From the IMG/VR virus record IMGVR_UViG_3300025435_000016, positions 1-64,000 of that record: DNA of 64,000 bases; one strand, given 5' to 3'. Shown in pieces: positions 1 through 9,596 of the stretch (position 1 is the stretch's first letter; each line of letters opens with the position of its first letter). The DNA is from a virus. Made by a program: the position numbers and the translations under genes. The notes under the pieces are model-generated. The model had not been told where the DNA came from. It did not search any database and worked only from the letters and a program-made list of their open reading frames with translations.

Positions 1-81
1 TGCTTGGGCAAATATGATTCTATAGCCTCATCAAATTTCATTATTGATACTTATTCTATATGCTTTAGGAGGAGGTGTCAA

Positions 82-429
82 CTATAAAGGAGGCTGAATC
101 TTTCCAATCTTATAAAGCCAATAAGGGAATGGTGTACTGTACCAGATCTCAATAATTTTATTCTTTAGCTTCTTATACCACTTCTTTTGCTCATGAAAAT
201 AAATTGCTACATCAGAGTTTACTACAGCCAAATCATGCAAAGCTTTCTTAGGGTTATTCTCATGCTCCTTACTATAAATGTGCCAAGTTATTAGTTCTTC
301 AATAACTGCTTCTTTCCACTTACGAAGTTCATATACTTCAGGATCTGTCCAATCTACCCCGCAAACACATTCGTGTTCACCATGAGCATGGCATTTACAG
401 CCTTTACCTTCGTAGTATTCGTCGATCAT
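82..429 (-). CDS. hypothetical protein with Cys/His cluster
   Basis: ORF; likely start MIDEYY overlaps upstream stop (ATGA); CKCHAHGEHECVC. Confidence 0.55.
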   Translation of the reverse strand: MIDEYYEGKGCKCHAHGEHECVCGVDWTDPEVYELRKWKEAVIEELITWHIYSKEHENNPKKALHDLAVVNSDVAIYFHEQKKWYKKLKNKIIEIWYSTPFPYWLYKIGKIQPPL

Positions 430-614
430 AAGAATAGTTGGCTTTCGCAATCTTTATACAGTTTAGATACTTTCTTCTGAATCTCAACAAGATTCTTTAG
501 AATTTGTTTTGCTTCTTTATCTAAAGGATTATCTAGACAAATGTTCTGAAGCTCTTTAATCCTTTTATCTTGGTCATTACACCAAAGAGCTATTGAATGA
601 GGGGTATCTTCCAC
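426..614 (-). CDS. hypothetical protein
   Basis: ORF packed in - strand run, GTG start. Confidence 0.55.
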   Translation of the reverse strand: MEDTPHSIALWCNDQDKRIKELQNICLDNPLDKEAKQILKNLVEIQKKVSKLYKDCESQLFL

Positions 615-617
615 GAG

Positions 618-902
618 TTAATTAGCAATTGAATGGGAGATAATAGAGTCAATTCTAAATGACCGCCAGGCCTTTTTATCAAGATCCCAGACAGCAATAT
701 TTGTATCGCTTTGCTTCTTATCCTTCTTTGCTTCCTCATCCTCGTGCTTCTCAACAACAGGAAGATGCTCAGCCTTTAACGTACAGCTCATTGTACGCTC
801 TGTACCATCTTTCTTCTTAAAGGTAACTGAAAGAATATTCTCTAGAAGAATCTTCTTAAGATCGGTTTTTAGGTATTCGAATAGGTTGGTTCCTGTACTC
901 AT
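618..902 (-). CDS. WYL_2/DUF2693-like Sm-fold protein
   Basis: VTFKKKDGTERTMSCTL and VWDLDKKAWRSFRID motifs. Confidence 0.8.
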   Translation of the reverse strand: MSTGTNLFEYLKTDLKKILLENILSVTFKKKDGTERTMSCTLKAEHLPVVEKHEDEEAKKDKKQSDTNIAVWDLDKKAWRSFRIDSIISHSIAN

Positions 903-916
903 ATTGTTATACTATG

Positions 917-945
917 AGTATAGAAGCAATATAAGGAAACGGCAA
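917..945 (-). promoter_or_regulatory. sigma70-type promoter with TTCCT spacer motif
   Basis: TTGCCG-17nt(tttcctt...)-TATACT. Confidence 0.6.
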
Positions 946-947
946 GA

Positions 948-1136
948 TTAAAATAAGCTCTCTAGGAGTTCTTCCCAAGCTTCCTCGAGTACATCAAGCT
1001 CTGGGGTAATAGATTCACCATCTTCATCTACCTCAGTCGCCTCAATGGCAAGGGCATCTAAAATCTCATCTTTATTTTCCTCAATTACAAGCTGAATCTG
1101 TTCAAGGAGAAGTGATCGAAGTTTCTTTTTAGTCAT
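948..1136 (-). CDS. acidic hypothetical protein
   Basis: ORF in operon. Confidence 0.55.
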   Translation of the reverse strand: MTKKKLRSLLLEQIQLVIEENKDEILDALAIEATEVDEDGESITPELDVLEEAWEELLESLF

Positions 1137-1161
1137 TTATAATATATATGTTTTTTGAGCT

Positions 1162-1437
1162 TTAATTTTGAAAATATTGCCTATCCGTCCAACCTCTACC
1201 CCAGCTATAGTTTATCATACATTGGTTAATGTAGTTTAATTTTGATCTAAAAGATTGATCAGCAGGAATATATTCTACCCGATCAATAGGATGCTTTAAT
1301 GGTCTCAAAGGTTGAACATGATTAGGATCACCGATTAAGATAAATTGTGTTGTAACTATTCGATCTTTACCAGGTACAGTGAAGCACCCAGATATAAAAA
1401 AACTAGAAATAATTAATAACAAAGAATAAATCTTCAT
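1162..1437 (-). CDS. putative lipoprotein
   Basis: hydrophobic N-terminus with lipobox-like ISGC. Confidence 0.5.
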   Translation of the reverse strand: MKIYSLLLIISSFFISGCFTVPGKDRIVTTQFILIGDPNHVQPLRPLKHPIDRVEYIPADQSFRSKLNYINQCMINYSWGRGWTDRQYFQN

Positions 1438-1526
1438 ATGGGAATACAGTCGTACACCTCTATAATAGTTGCTATTACTATTTTATTAGCTATAGCAACC
1501 ATTCATAATCACTTTAACGACGAGGA

Positions 1527-1838
1527 TTAAAACTCCTCAAAGTCTAAATCGCCGATAGAGACAGGCTCACGTCCAATACCCTTACTCCACTGCTTATCAG
1601 ATACTAGAGGACCGAAGCAATACTCTACAGTATCCTTGATCTCCTTGCCGCTTTCTGCTGTGTAGTAGTTGGAATAACGCTTAATATCAGTATGAATGAT
1701 GTCAGCCTTATCGGATGTAGTATTATACTCTACGGTTACTTCACCTTTACCTTGTACGGAAAGGTGATAGACTTCGATGTCACTAAAGGGGTTTTGATCC
1801 TTAGAAAAAAACTCTTCTAGATATTCTTTGATTGTCAT
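1527..1838 (-). CDS. hypothetical protein
   Basis: ORF downstream of promoter at 1880-1908. Confidence 0.6.
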   Translation of the reverse strand: MTIKEYLEEFFSKDQNPFSDIEVYHLSVQGKGEVTVEYNTTSDKADIIHTDIKRYSNYYTAESGKEIKDTVEYCFGPLVSDKQWSKGIGREPVSIGDLDFEEF

Positions 1839-1879
1839 TTATGTTATAGTTTATTGGTGGTTACTAATGTTAGAACTAT

Positions 1880-1908
1880 ATAATAATTTAATCTCAGAAG
1901 GAACGCAA
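1880..1908 (-). promoter_or_regulatory. sigma70-type promoter with TTCCT motif
   Basis: TTGCGT-17nt(tccttc...)-TATTAT. Confidence 0.55.
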
Positions 1909-1918
1909 GCAAGAACTT

Positions 1919-2374
1919 TTACCACTTTTTAAGGAAATTTGTTAGATCGTTTAGAGCCTTCTTATCAGGGTCTTCAACTTTAGAGAAAATCCTATCACAT
2001 ATCTCTCGAGCCTTTTCAGGATCGTTTTGCATCTGATCATAAGTTTCAAGAGACATTATAACCTTTGGCTTAGGATCAAGTTGGGTGTTCCTCTCGTTTA
2101 TAAATGCATCCTGCTCCTTCATTGCTTCAACAGCATAGTACATAGTTTGAGATTGAAGACTTGTATCAAATAACTCTAGTATATATCTACCTAGTTGAAG
2201 CTTTTTCTTCCTATATGGTTCCTTTGGACGAACGATAAACGGAATAAGATTCTTATCAAGCTTTGGAGATTGATTTAATCGAAGTTTATACCGTCTATTA
2301 GGTCCGTAAATGAATTCAAAGAGTGTCTTCTCTTGCATATTTGATATATTAAAACAAGGATTAGAGATAGGCAA
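1919..2374 (-). CDS. hypothetical protein
   Basis: 151-aa ORF, start uncertain. Confidence 0.55.
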   Translation of the reverse strand: MPISNPCFNISNMQEKTLFEFIYGPNRRYKLRLNQSPKLDKNLIPFIVRPKEPYRKKKLQLGRYILELFDTSLQSQTMYYAVEAMKEQDAFINERNTQLDPKPKVIMSLETYDQMQNDPEKAREICDRIFSKVEDPDKKALNDLTNFLKKW

Positions 2375-2376
2375 GT

Positions 2377-2715
2377 CTATTCTCTCTTTAAATAACTTTG
2401 ATGTAATTCTGTATGTTTTATTTTTTTAGAAATAATCCAAAGAAGCTCTGCTGCCTCTAAGCCTGTTAAAACTTTCATTAATTTTCTCTCCATAGCTATA
2501 ACTTTTGTTTCTGATAACTCCGGTCTTATAGCATGTACACACTCATGTAGTATAGTCTGAACGAGATCCTTTCTATAATCAAATTCAATATGATCACCTT
2601 TAAAGATACCGGTTGTACGACCGTGAATTTTTTTAAACTGAAAGAATTGAGGAGGTTTTGATTTTATGAACTCAATAATATCCTGAATATTTGGTTGCAA
2701 TAATGAGTCTTTCAC
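2377..2715 (-). CDS. putative zincin-like metalloprotein
   Basis: TILHECVHA (HExxH). Confidence 0.55.
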   Translation of the reverse strand: MKDSLLQPNIQDIIEFIKSKPPQFFQFKKIHGRTTGIFKGDHIEFDYRKDLVQTILHECVHAIRPELSETKVIAMERKLMKVLTGLEAAELLWIISKKIKHTELHQSYLKRE

Positions 2716-2732
2716 ATAAATTATTTAATCAT

Positions 2733-2933
2733 ATGAAAATTGTAATCGAAACAACCCTTAAGAACGACACCAACAAGGAAGCTGAAACCTTCTCAGCTAT
2801 TCTCGATATGGAAGAACTTGCCGTTCTTGTTAAGAATCATGGCCTTGAAGGCGGTAATAAGGCTCTTGAGGGCTTTGTTGCTAAGTACGTCGGCCAACTT
2901 AAAGAAAAGTTCGGTAAGTACGTAAATAAGTAA
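2733..2933 (+). CDS. hypothetical protein
   Basis: likely start MKIVIE, non-overlapping with neighbours. Confidence 0.55.
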   Translation: MKIVIETTLKNDTNKEAETFSAILDMEELAVLVKNHGLEGGNKALEGFVAKYVGQLKEKFGKYVNK

Positions 2934-2936
2934 ATC

Positions 2937-3308
2937 TTAATTGTTTCTAGACTTTTCACGAGTCTTAAACTTTTCGTTCCAAACCCTAGCGTCTTCAACA
3001 ACACTAGGGTTTACGTATTGATAGTTACCTAAGTGACCGAAAAGAAGGTGACATATAACCCCATCGTTACTATTCTCACATAAGGTTATTAGATTTGTAG
3101 GGTCTAACTCCTTTTCTGGATCTCTAGCAAAGGGAACTATATGATGAACTTCTAAGTCAATTGTCGATCCACATACTTCACACGTTGGATGATCTTTAAG
3201 ATGCTCCTTCCTTACCTTCGGCCACTGATTACTTCTTAATTGACCTGCAGGGGCTTTACCTTGATATACATCTTTGAGATGTTTGGAGAGAACTTTTAAT
3301 CTTGACAT
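2937..3308 (-). CDS. HNH endonuclease
   Basis: CEVCG..LEVHHIVP...NLITLC...CHL. Confidence 0.85.
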   Translation of the reverse strand: MSRLKVLSKHLKDVYQGKAPAGQLRSNQWPKVRKEHLKDHPTCEVCGSTIDLEVHHIVPFARDPEKELDPTNLITLCENSNDGVICHLLFGHLGNYQYVNPSVVEDARVWNEKFKTREKSRNN

Positions 3309-3343
3309 ATTATTATTTAATACATTGATTATTAGCCTTATAA

Positions 3344-3351
3344 TATAAATA
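3344..3351 (+). promoter_or_regulatory. T4-like late promoter
   Basis: TATAAATA 6 nt before ATG. Confidence 0.7.
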
Positions 3352-3357
3352 ATCTTA

Positions 3358-4548
3358 ATGGCTACAGCATCAGTTATTAAGCTTAAGGTTCGCAGAGGTT
3401 CAGACGCCAGTCGTCAGCTTGTAATCCTCGACCAGGGAGAAATTGGTTATACAACAGATTCAAAGCGTTTATTTGTTGGAGATGGTTCCACTGCCGGTGG
3501 AATTAGTACTGGGGCCAAGTTCTACGTAACTCCTACTGGTATTCCTGCTGCGGTAGTAAATGGAGCTGATTTACTCTATACAATACAAACAGGTGATATT
3601 GTGTATGATACCTCAACTAACCCTACACACTTTTATATCCTAACAGGTAGTAACTCTGGGTTTAATAGTCTGGCCTCTTACGCACCGCTTGTTGTTACAC
3701 AGACAAATACAATTTACTATAATGTTAGTAGCACAGTAACAAGCTCGTTGGCAATAAGTGCAATAACTCCAACGATATCTGGCAATCAAACAATCTTCAC
3801 TATTACCGGGGCTGCATCTGGATCCGTGTTCAATCAAATCCAAAATCTCGTTGCCGGTGTTAGTGCTAGTACAGACGTATCTATCTATAACGATTTAGGA
3901 GTCAATTACGTTGACCTTGGTATTAACAGCAGCAAATATAATGGTAATTCTTATGGCCCTGTCTTCAACGTAGTTGGACCTAACGACTCTTATCTATTTG
4001 CTACTACAGCGAATTTTGGCATTGGTAATACCGGTACTAACGGAGACTTAATATTCTTTACAGGTGGGTCGCTCTCTGGTGTCAAAGCATCAGGCGGCAA
4101 TGAAGTAATGAGAGTTACTAACTCCAATGGTACCTACTCTGGTAACGTTGGTATCGGGACTTCAACTCCAGGAGTAGCATTAACAGTTAACGGTGCTATT
4201 AGCTCAAATAATAATATCTACGCTAACGGAAATGTTTTCGGTGGTACAAATATAAATGTACTCAACGGCACATCTTACACGATTCAATTATCAGATAATG
4301 GCGGAACGATTGCATCAACAAATACCACTACCGGTTTAACAGCACTTGTCAATAGCACTGGGTACCCTGTTGGTTTCCAAACAGCTGTCATACAATTGAG
4401 TACGGCACGTGTTGCCTTATCTGGTAACGGGTTTAGTGTAAACCAAGCGAATTTATTCTATAAGACAACAAAGCAATACTCCGCAGCAACCCTACTTTAT
4501 ACTGGTACTATTGGTGGTTGGGTAGTGTTTGGTGATGTGAGCGCATAA
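3358..4548 (+). CDS. fibre protein with Mtd_N/hyaluronidase-like N-terminal anchor
   Basis: LKVRRG...LDQGEIGYTTDSKRLFVGDG; GNVGIGT beta repeats. Confidence 0.75.
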   Translation: MATASVIKLKVRRGSDASRQLVILDQGEIGYTTDSKRLFVGDGSTAGGISTGAKFYVTPTGIPAAVVNGADLLYTIQTGDIVYDTSTNPTHFYILTGSNSGFNSLASYAPLVVTQTNTIYYNVSSTVTSSLAISAITPTISGNQTIFTITGAASGSVFNQIQNLVAGVSASTDVSIYNDLGVNYVDLGINSSKYNGNSYGPVFNVVGPNDSYLFATTANFGIGNTGTNGDLIFFTGGSLSGVKASGGNEVMRVTNSNGTYSGNVGIGTSTPGVALTVNGAISSNNNIYANGNVFGGTNINVLNGTSYTIQLSDNGGTIASTNTTTGLTALVNSTGYPVGFQTAVIQLSTARVALSGNGFSVNQANLFYKTTKQYSAATLLYTGTIGGWVVFGDVSA

Positions 4549-4553
4549 TAATT

Positions 4554-5477
4554 ATGTTTTTATCACGCATAGGTTCAAGTGCTATAACTTCATATACAGT
4601 TGATACTGATGTACAGACGTACTTAAATGCTGTCAAGATAGCTGGTGGTTCATATGATGGTATAACTCTCGATGCTTTCAACACATTTGTAACGGGATTG
4701 AAGAATGACGGGTTATGGAGTTTATGTGATGAAATTGGCGTATTCGCCGGTATTCAAATAAAGGCATCTCTTAATCCTATTTTAATAAAGTTAAAATCTG
4801 CTCCCGGTAGCGTTTCTTCAGCAGCAAATACAGGCTTTGTAGCAGCTAATTATCAATCAACAGGCCCTTATACAGGTTTATCAGGTAACGGTAATTCAAA
4901 GAATCTTCAGCTAGGCTTTAATCCAACAACAATGGGAACAATGCTTAGTACCAATCTGCACATGATGGTTTATGTAGATGGGCCTGAGCGTGATACATCT
5001 GTTATCAGGTTTCTTATTGGATCACGAAATTCTGGTAACTTCAATCAAAGATCGTTTATCGCATATTCTACGCTTTCAGGTATTAACTACGGTGCAGCTC
5101 CATATGGTACGAGTCCATCTTCATTTGCAAATGGAGCTGCTCCTAATCCTCCAGCAGCATTTTATCCGAGCACCCCACAAGGTCCGTCTCTCATGTTATC
5201 ATTAACAGGCGACCTGTATACTCATTTTTATACCAACGGTGTAGAACAAACACCACCAGGTTATCAAGGTACCTCACCTGCAGCTTTTTATAATGGTAAC
5301 TTTTTGCTTTTTACTAGTAATGATGGTTCTGTTGCCGCTACACAGAGATCAACACGTATAATAAGAGGCTATTCTTACGGTCAAGGAATGCCAACAGTAT
5401 CAGCTGCTCAATATAACTATCGTTGGAATACGTTAATGAATACATTCGGTGCTAGTGCTTTAAATACTTCATTCTAA
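4554..5477 (+). CDS. putative virion lectin-like protein
   Basis: S/T/G/N-rich; AFNTFVTGLKNDGLW; structural cluster. Confidence 0.5.
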   Translation: MFLSRIGSSAITSYTVDTDVQTYLNAVKIAGGSYDGITLDAFNTFVTGLKNDGLWSLCDEIGVFAGIQIKASLNPILIKLKSAPGSVSSAANTGFVAANYQSTGPYTGLSGNGNSKNLQLGFNPTTMGTMLSTNLHMMVYVDGPERDTSVIRFLIGSRNSGNFNQRSFIAYSTLSGINYGAAPYGTSPSSFANGAAPNPPAAFYPSTPQGPSLMLSLTGDLYTHFYTNGVEQTPPGYQGTSPAAFYNGNFLLFTSNDGSVAATQRSTRIIRGYSYGQGMPTVSAAQYNYRWNTLMNTFGASALNTSF

Positions 5478-5493
5478 CCAATAAATATAGTTA

Positions 5494-5844
5494 GTGAACT
5501 ATATTACTCTCACCTACCCACAAACCGCGTCTATTCAATTTGAAGGATGTATGTTTGATCATGTAGCGCAAGTTTTTTTAAGTTCAGGTAATGTTAATAT
5601 TTTTCCGTCTATAACCGCTATTAATGCTTTTACTAATAATGCGAAGGTGTCATCTCTATTTCCTGCTTTTTCTGGTTATTCTCTACCCTCTAACTATTTT
5701 TATTCGACAGACAAAAATCATCTATATGTAACAATACCGAGCTTTAATGTAAACTGTATAATAGATGTTATTATCTATAATGCAGCCGGCTACAGTACAT
5801 TATCCCAAAAAGGGTATCTCATAAATAATTCCGTTACCTCATAA
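5494..5844 (+). CDS. Ig-like structural protein
   Basis: late box upstream; DVIIYNAAGY. Confidence 0.45.
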   Translation: MNYITLTYPQTASIQFEGCMFDHVAQVFLSSGNVNIFPSITAINAFTNNAKVSSLFPAFSGYSLPSNYFYSTDKNHLYVTIPSFNVNCIIDVIIYNAAGYSTLSQKGYLINNSVTS

Positions 5845-5858
5845 ATATAAGTTAATAT

Positions 5859-8800
5859 TTGATTGGCTATAAGGTTATTGAATTTATAGAAATCTCAATA
5901 AATAAACATGTGCAGCTTGTTGACATTACTCTAGATAATCGTATTTCAGTCTCATTTCTTGAGACTGTTGCTACTGAAAACGTCATATTCTGCCGTCCAT
6001 TAGAAGAGAGTTTAGATAACATCTCCTTATTCGTTACTAAAGATAACGAATTTATTCATAATTTTATTACCGAGTCAACCGGCGATTATCTTGTTACGGA
6101 TATTACCTTAGATGACGGAACAGTTTATAGTGACATTAAATTTAAAATTGTTACTATCGAAGAAGGTAAAGAATTGCCTGCCTCAACTATTAACATTCAA
6201 GAGCTCGGTAAACCTTCTGCTTATGGTGTATTACCACCGGCTCAATTATTAGAGGAGGAGGTGGCGTCTATTGACAGTGAAGAGGATGACGATTTTAGTG
6301 TAATTTATAACGTACCTGATGTTATTGATAATTCTGAAACCATTCAAAAAGTTAAAGCACTTGAAACCAAACTTGTCAACGAACACCGAAAGCTTGAACA
6401 GGAAAAGAATAAGCTTAATAAAGAACGTATAGTATTAGAAGCAGATAGAAAGCTTCAAAAAACATTAGAAGACTACAAGTCTGAGCTCTTACAAGAGACG
6501 TTTCTTGTAACAAATCATCAGAAAGAGATAATTGAAAAATCAATTAGTGATTTAAATGAATCCTTTCAACAGCAATTTGATAGTCAGCAGATTAATGTCG
6601 AGAAATATCTCGATACACTGTCGTTAGCAAATTTAGAGGAAGTAAAGAAATATCAAGACAATCAAATTAGCTTAATCAAGGAAAGTGTAGCAAATCTCTT
6701 AGCTCAAAAATTAGAAGCAAATTCCGAAATTACAGATAAGCTCCTTGTTGAACGAGCTGGTGAGCTTAGTGCTCTCTTTACAGAAAAACTTGTAACCGAG
6801 CTTGAAGAATATAAGCGTGATATAACTAAAGAGCTCAATGGTATTAATATTACCCTTGATAGTCTTATTAACGAGAAACTTGAAAAGAATAACGAAGAAG
6901 TAGATAAGCTCTTAGTCAATCGTTCAGGTATTCTCCAAGATCAGTTTAATGAATCAGTAACAGAGCAATTAGATAAACACAAGACAGAGTTATTCGATGA
7001 ATTTAAAACCGTATCGACAAATACAGTTACAGGTTTATTTGAATCAAGAACAAAAGAACTTAATACAGCTTTAGAGCTTGTTATTGACGAACACCGTAAG
7101 AATTTAAATACAACTATTGATCAGAAACTTAATGAAGTTAGTTCTTCGGTAAGTAGATTTACTACTGATATTGAAGGTAAGCTACCTCAGCTAGATGAGA
7201 CCATTAAAGATATTAACAAGAGATTACAAACCCTTGTTATTGAAAAGAAAAACGTTCAAGCTTTAGCTGATGATGCTAGAAAGTACACTGATACTAAGGT
7301 AGCTCAAGCTTCGGAAGAGATGATGAATTACGCTCGTCGTATTCTTGATCTTGGAGGGGGTGGTGGCTCTGTAGCTGTTCAATTCGCCAATGGCGGTACT
7401 ATGAATGGTAGCTTAAACGTCACCGGACAATACCTCTCCGGTGGTGTTGATATTAGTACATTATTTGGTAAGGGGGGGGGTGGAAGCGGTGGTACATATA
7501 GCCCTTATACAACAGGTACTAATACCGGTGCTATTATACCGGTTTCCGGTAGTAATACAGCTTCAGGGATTTTTTCTAATGTAGCAGGTGGTTCAAATAA
7601 TCTCACCTCAGGTAATTGTTCATTTGTCGGTGGTGGGGATACAAATTGTACTACGAATACACACGCTGTAGTTGCAGGTGGTAATCATAATTGCTCAATA
7701 GGGGGTGCTTCGTTTGTCGGTGGTGGTAGATTGAATACAGCATCAGCTCAGTATAGCGCTGTTGTAGGTGGTAATCAAAATGGTAGCACATCTTATGCAG
7801 CTTCTGTGGTAGGCGGACAGAATAATAATGCCACAGGGGATTATTCTAGCGTAGTAGGTGGTAGTAATAATATAGCTTTAGGGAATCGATCCAATGTAAC
7901 TGGTGGTATTTATAATACTTCTTCAGCATATGGTACCAATGTAGCAGGCGGAGGGTGTAACGCCGCTACACAAATTTATTCAAATGTAGCTGGCGGATAT
8001 TGTAATACCGCTTCAGGATCCCATTCTAATGTAGCTGGTGGAGGTGGTAATACTGCTTCTGGAAACTATTCAACTATTGCTAATGGTTCAAATGGTGATA
8101 CTCAACCAAATGATACAAACTCTTGTAATTATATAGGCTATCAAGGTTCCGATGGAAATTTGTATAGCGATAATACATGTTCAAATTATATCGGGCATTA
8201 TTATAGTATAGCAGAAGGACCTTTATATTGCTGCACACAGACAAATTATACTCTTACCCAAACAGGTAATTTAGCTTGCGGTCAAAATAGTTTTATTGGT
8301 AACGGAAAAGGTTCTTGTGGTACTAGTTCAAATTATTGTGCTATAATAAACAATAATACAGCTAGTGCTTATTACCAAAATTATAGTACCGGTAGTTGGG
8401 GTAGGGTTAATACAGCATCCGGTATTCATTCAACTGTCATTAATGGTTGTAATAATATAGCTTCAGGGAATTTTTCTACAATTGCTGGTGGTTTTAATAA
8501 CAATGATAACGGTCATTCGAATGTTTTTATTCTAGGTTCAAATCTTTGTGCTACTCAGTCAGATACAACGTATGTCAATACAATAAATTCGCGTCTATAC
8601 TGCGGTGGTACAGGATATGGCTCCACTAACTGTAATGGTACGTCATATGGGGGTATCGGTGGAACTATTAATATTAATGGTGGCAATGGTGCTGATAGCG
8701 ATACCGGAAACGGTGGACCCGGTGGTTCAATTGATTTAACTGGCGGTAATTCTTCATCTGGTGGTTGCCCTGCAGGGAGTGGTGGATCGATTGATATGCG

Positions 8801-9593
8801 CGGAGCTGGTGGCTATAGTGTCGATCCCGGGGGATCTCTCAATACAAGCTGTGGTGGTGGATCGATTATAACTAATGGGACTGGATGTATTGGTCTAGGT
8901 TACGAGGGCTATGGAGTTGTCGGTAATAATTTCAGTAGCTCCCAAACAATGATTTGCGGTACAGCTACTGCACATCGAGATATTTGTTTTCCTGATAAAT
9001 CAGGTGTTGTTGCTTTATTGTCTGATACTTTATCACCGTATATCTCCGGTTCTGGTACTGCTTCAATTGTAACAGTGTACGGCATTAATACTGCTTCCGG
9101 TTGTTATAGTACTATTGGTGGAGGTAATTGTAATGCCGTGTCAGGGCGTTATTCGACAATTGTTAATGGATTTAGTAGTTGTGCTACAGGTTATGCAACA
9201 TTTGTAGGAGCAGGAAGTGGTATTAAAGCTACGGGCAACTATGCTGTAGCTGTTGGTGGTCGGTGTAATACAGCTTCTGGAAATTATTCCAGTGTACTTG
9301 GTGGTGGTAATAATATTGCTTCTGGGGCTTGTTCAGCAATTCTTGGTGGTTGTAGAAATAACACGTCAAACGTAGATAATACATTTATTCTCGGTTCAGA
9401 TATTACAGCTTCACTACCGAGTTATACATATGTGAATAATTTATCCTCGCAAGGAACCATCGCAACAAGTAATTTAATTATCAGTAAAACACCTAGCACA
9501 TTTACAAACCCGGTAACAGCCTCAGGTACATTCCTAATATTAAATATTAACGGTACCAATAAAGCCATTCAACTCTGGGATTACTCTTCTTAA
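5859..9593 (+). CDS. large fibre: acidic coiled-coil N-half, poly-Gly hinge, Cys-rich YadA-head-like repeats
   Basis: 1244 aa; repeated GGxxNxAxGxxSxV. Confidence 0.75.
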   Translation: MIGYKVIEFIEISINKHVQLVDITLDNRISVSFLETVATENVIFCRPLEESLDNISLFVTKDNEFIHNFITESTGDYLVTDITLDDGTVYSDIKFKIVTIEEGKELPASTINIQELGKPSAYGVLPPAQLLEEEVASIDSEEDDDFSVIYNVPDVIDNSETIQKVKALETKLVNEHRKLEQEKNKLNKERIVLEADRKLQKTLEDYKSELLQETFLVTNHQKEIIEKSISDLNESFQQQFDSQQINVEKYLDTLSLANLEEVKKYQDNQISLIKESVANLLAQKLEANSEITDKLLVERAGELSALFTEKLVTELEEYKRDITKELNGINITLDSLINEKLEKNNEEVDKLLVNRSGILQDQFNESVTEQLDKHKTELFDEFKTVSTNTVTGLFESRTKELNTALELVIDEHRKNLNTTIDQKLNEVSSSVSRFTTDIEGKLPQLDETIKDINKRLQTLVIEKKNVQALADDARKYTDTKVAQASEEMMNYARRILDLGGGGGSVAVQFANGGTMNGSLNVTGQYLSGGVDISTLFGKGGGGSGGTYSPYTTGTNTGAIIPVSGSNTASGIFSNVAGGSNNLTSGNCSFVGGGDTNCTTNTHAVVAGGNHNCSIGGASFVGGGRLNTASAQYSAVVGGNQNGSTSYAASVVGGQNNNATGDYSSVVGGSNNIALGNRSNVTGGIYNTSSAYGTNVAGGGCNAATQIYSNVAGGYCNTASGSHSNVAGGGGNTASGNYSTIANGSNGDTQPNDTNSCNYIGYQGSDGNLYSDNTCSNYIGHYYSIAEGPLYCCTQTNYTLTQTGNLACGQNSFIGNGKGSCGTSSNYCAIINNNTASAYYQNYSTGSWGRVNTASGIHSTVINGCNNIASGNFSTIAGGFNNNDNGHSNVFILGSNLCATQSDTTYVNTINSRLYCGGTGYGSTNCNGTSYGGIGGTININGGNGADSDTGNGGPGGSIDLTGGNSSSGGCPAGSGGSIDMRGAGGYSVDPGGSLNTSCGGGSIITNGTGCIGLGYEGYGVVGNNFSSSQTMICGTATAHRDICFPDKSGVVALLSDTLSPYISGSGTASIVTVYGINTASGCYSTIGGGNCNAVSGRYSTIVNGFSSCATGYATFVGAGSGIKATGNYAVAVGGRCNTASGNYSSVLGGGNNIASGACSAILGGCRNNTSNVDNTFILGSDITASLPSYTYVNNLSSQGTIATSNLIISKTPSTFTNPVTASGTFLILNINGTNKAIQLWDYSS
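9150..9281 (+). repeat. 132-bp block shared with 11001-11132
   Basis: manual alignment: 12 mismatches in 132 nt, in frame. Confidence 0.85.
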
Positions 9594-9596
9594 AAT